From Isurus oxyrinchus (taxonomy: Eukaryota): a DNA stretch of 64,000 nt. A program made the translations under genes and the position numbers. Below the pieces are notes generated by a model. It was given only the letters and a program-made list of their open reading frames with translations, had not been told where the DNA came from and did not search any database. Location: the NCBI GenBank assembly GCA_026770705.1, contig JANJGN010000088.1:1054001-1118000 (forward strand), written 5' to 3'. Of this stretch, positions 63,518 to 64,000 are shown one piece after another (positions within the stretch are counted from its first letter, which is position 1; every line of letters starts with the position of its first letter).

Positions 63518-63549
63518 CTGAAGAAGAGTCATACGGACTCGAAACGGTA
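63518..63549 (+). ncRNA. Candidate minimal hammerhead ribozyme in a Penelope-derived terminal repeat
   Basis: CTGAAGA-A-GAGTC-ATACG-GACTC-GAAAC: both core boxes flank a perfect 5-bp helix II. Minimal hammerheads are an established feature of Penelope pseudo-LTRs. Confidence 0.5.
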
Positions 63550-64000
63550 ACTCTGTTTCTCTCTCCACAGATCCTGTCAAACCTGCTGAGATTTTCCAGC
63601 ATTTTCTGTTTTTAATTTGATGTTCTACAAAAGTTCCCCAAAATTCAGCAAACACCCCAGTTCAAATCCTCCTGTGACTAGCTGAAATGAGCACCTTCAA
63701 TTCCCAGCTGATCCATCCTGCGAATTGACTGTTGTCCCCCTTGAGCCACAACGAAGTCACTGCGACTTGTTAAAATCTGACAAAACACAGACAAAACATT
63801 CCACCTTTATCCCAAAACCTTACAAATCCTCAGACCATTTGGCTGAAACACCTACTGTACCCAACATGGCTGGACTGTCTAATGTTGATTGTTGGTTCTG
63901 AGTCAAGATGACCAGTCCTGACCCTTCTTCCACCTGCAGCCCCCAACTCTGCTATGCTCTTCTTTTTATAATGATTCAACTCAAACATATTCTCTGTTGT

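Noticed and set aside
63170-64000. Possible further LTR at the right edge
   Set aside because: Composition is suggestive, but no second copy, TSD or PBS is visible within the window.

Overview
Cartilaginous-fish (shark-type) genomic DNA. The right half (minus strand, about 58670 down to 35160) holds one complete, unrearranged and apparently intact immunoglobulin heavy-chain cluster of the IgW isotype. Its order is leader, V(23-RSS), D1(12/23), D2(12/23), D3(12/12), (23)J, CH1, CH2, a separate Cys-rich short secretory-tail exon, CH3-CH6 with a canonical tailpiece, TM1 and TM2. I traced each exon by hand: all splice sites are GT-AG, all junctions are phase-compatible and no exon has an internal stop. 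The short-tail, J, D and TM exons are absent from the supplied ORF track. D1 and D2 come from a near-identical ~350 bp duplication whose differences cluster at one coding end. The J-C intron carries two tandem arrays, one with G-tracts on the non-template strand. The left half is a stack of decayed retroelements inserted into an old ~71-bp satellite. It includes CR1-clade LINEs, a Penelope-like element, and a pol-deleted endogenous retrovirus-like element with a tRNA-Ser PBS and a decayed fusion-protein-like env. That element's 5' LTR is interrupted by a Gmr1-like Gypsy element, which itself carries a Harbinger-type MITE. No prokaryotic features, rRNA, tRNA genes or CRISPR were seen. All TE family names come from motif recognition, not database searches.
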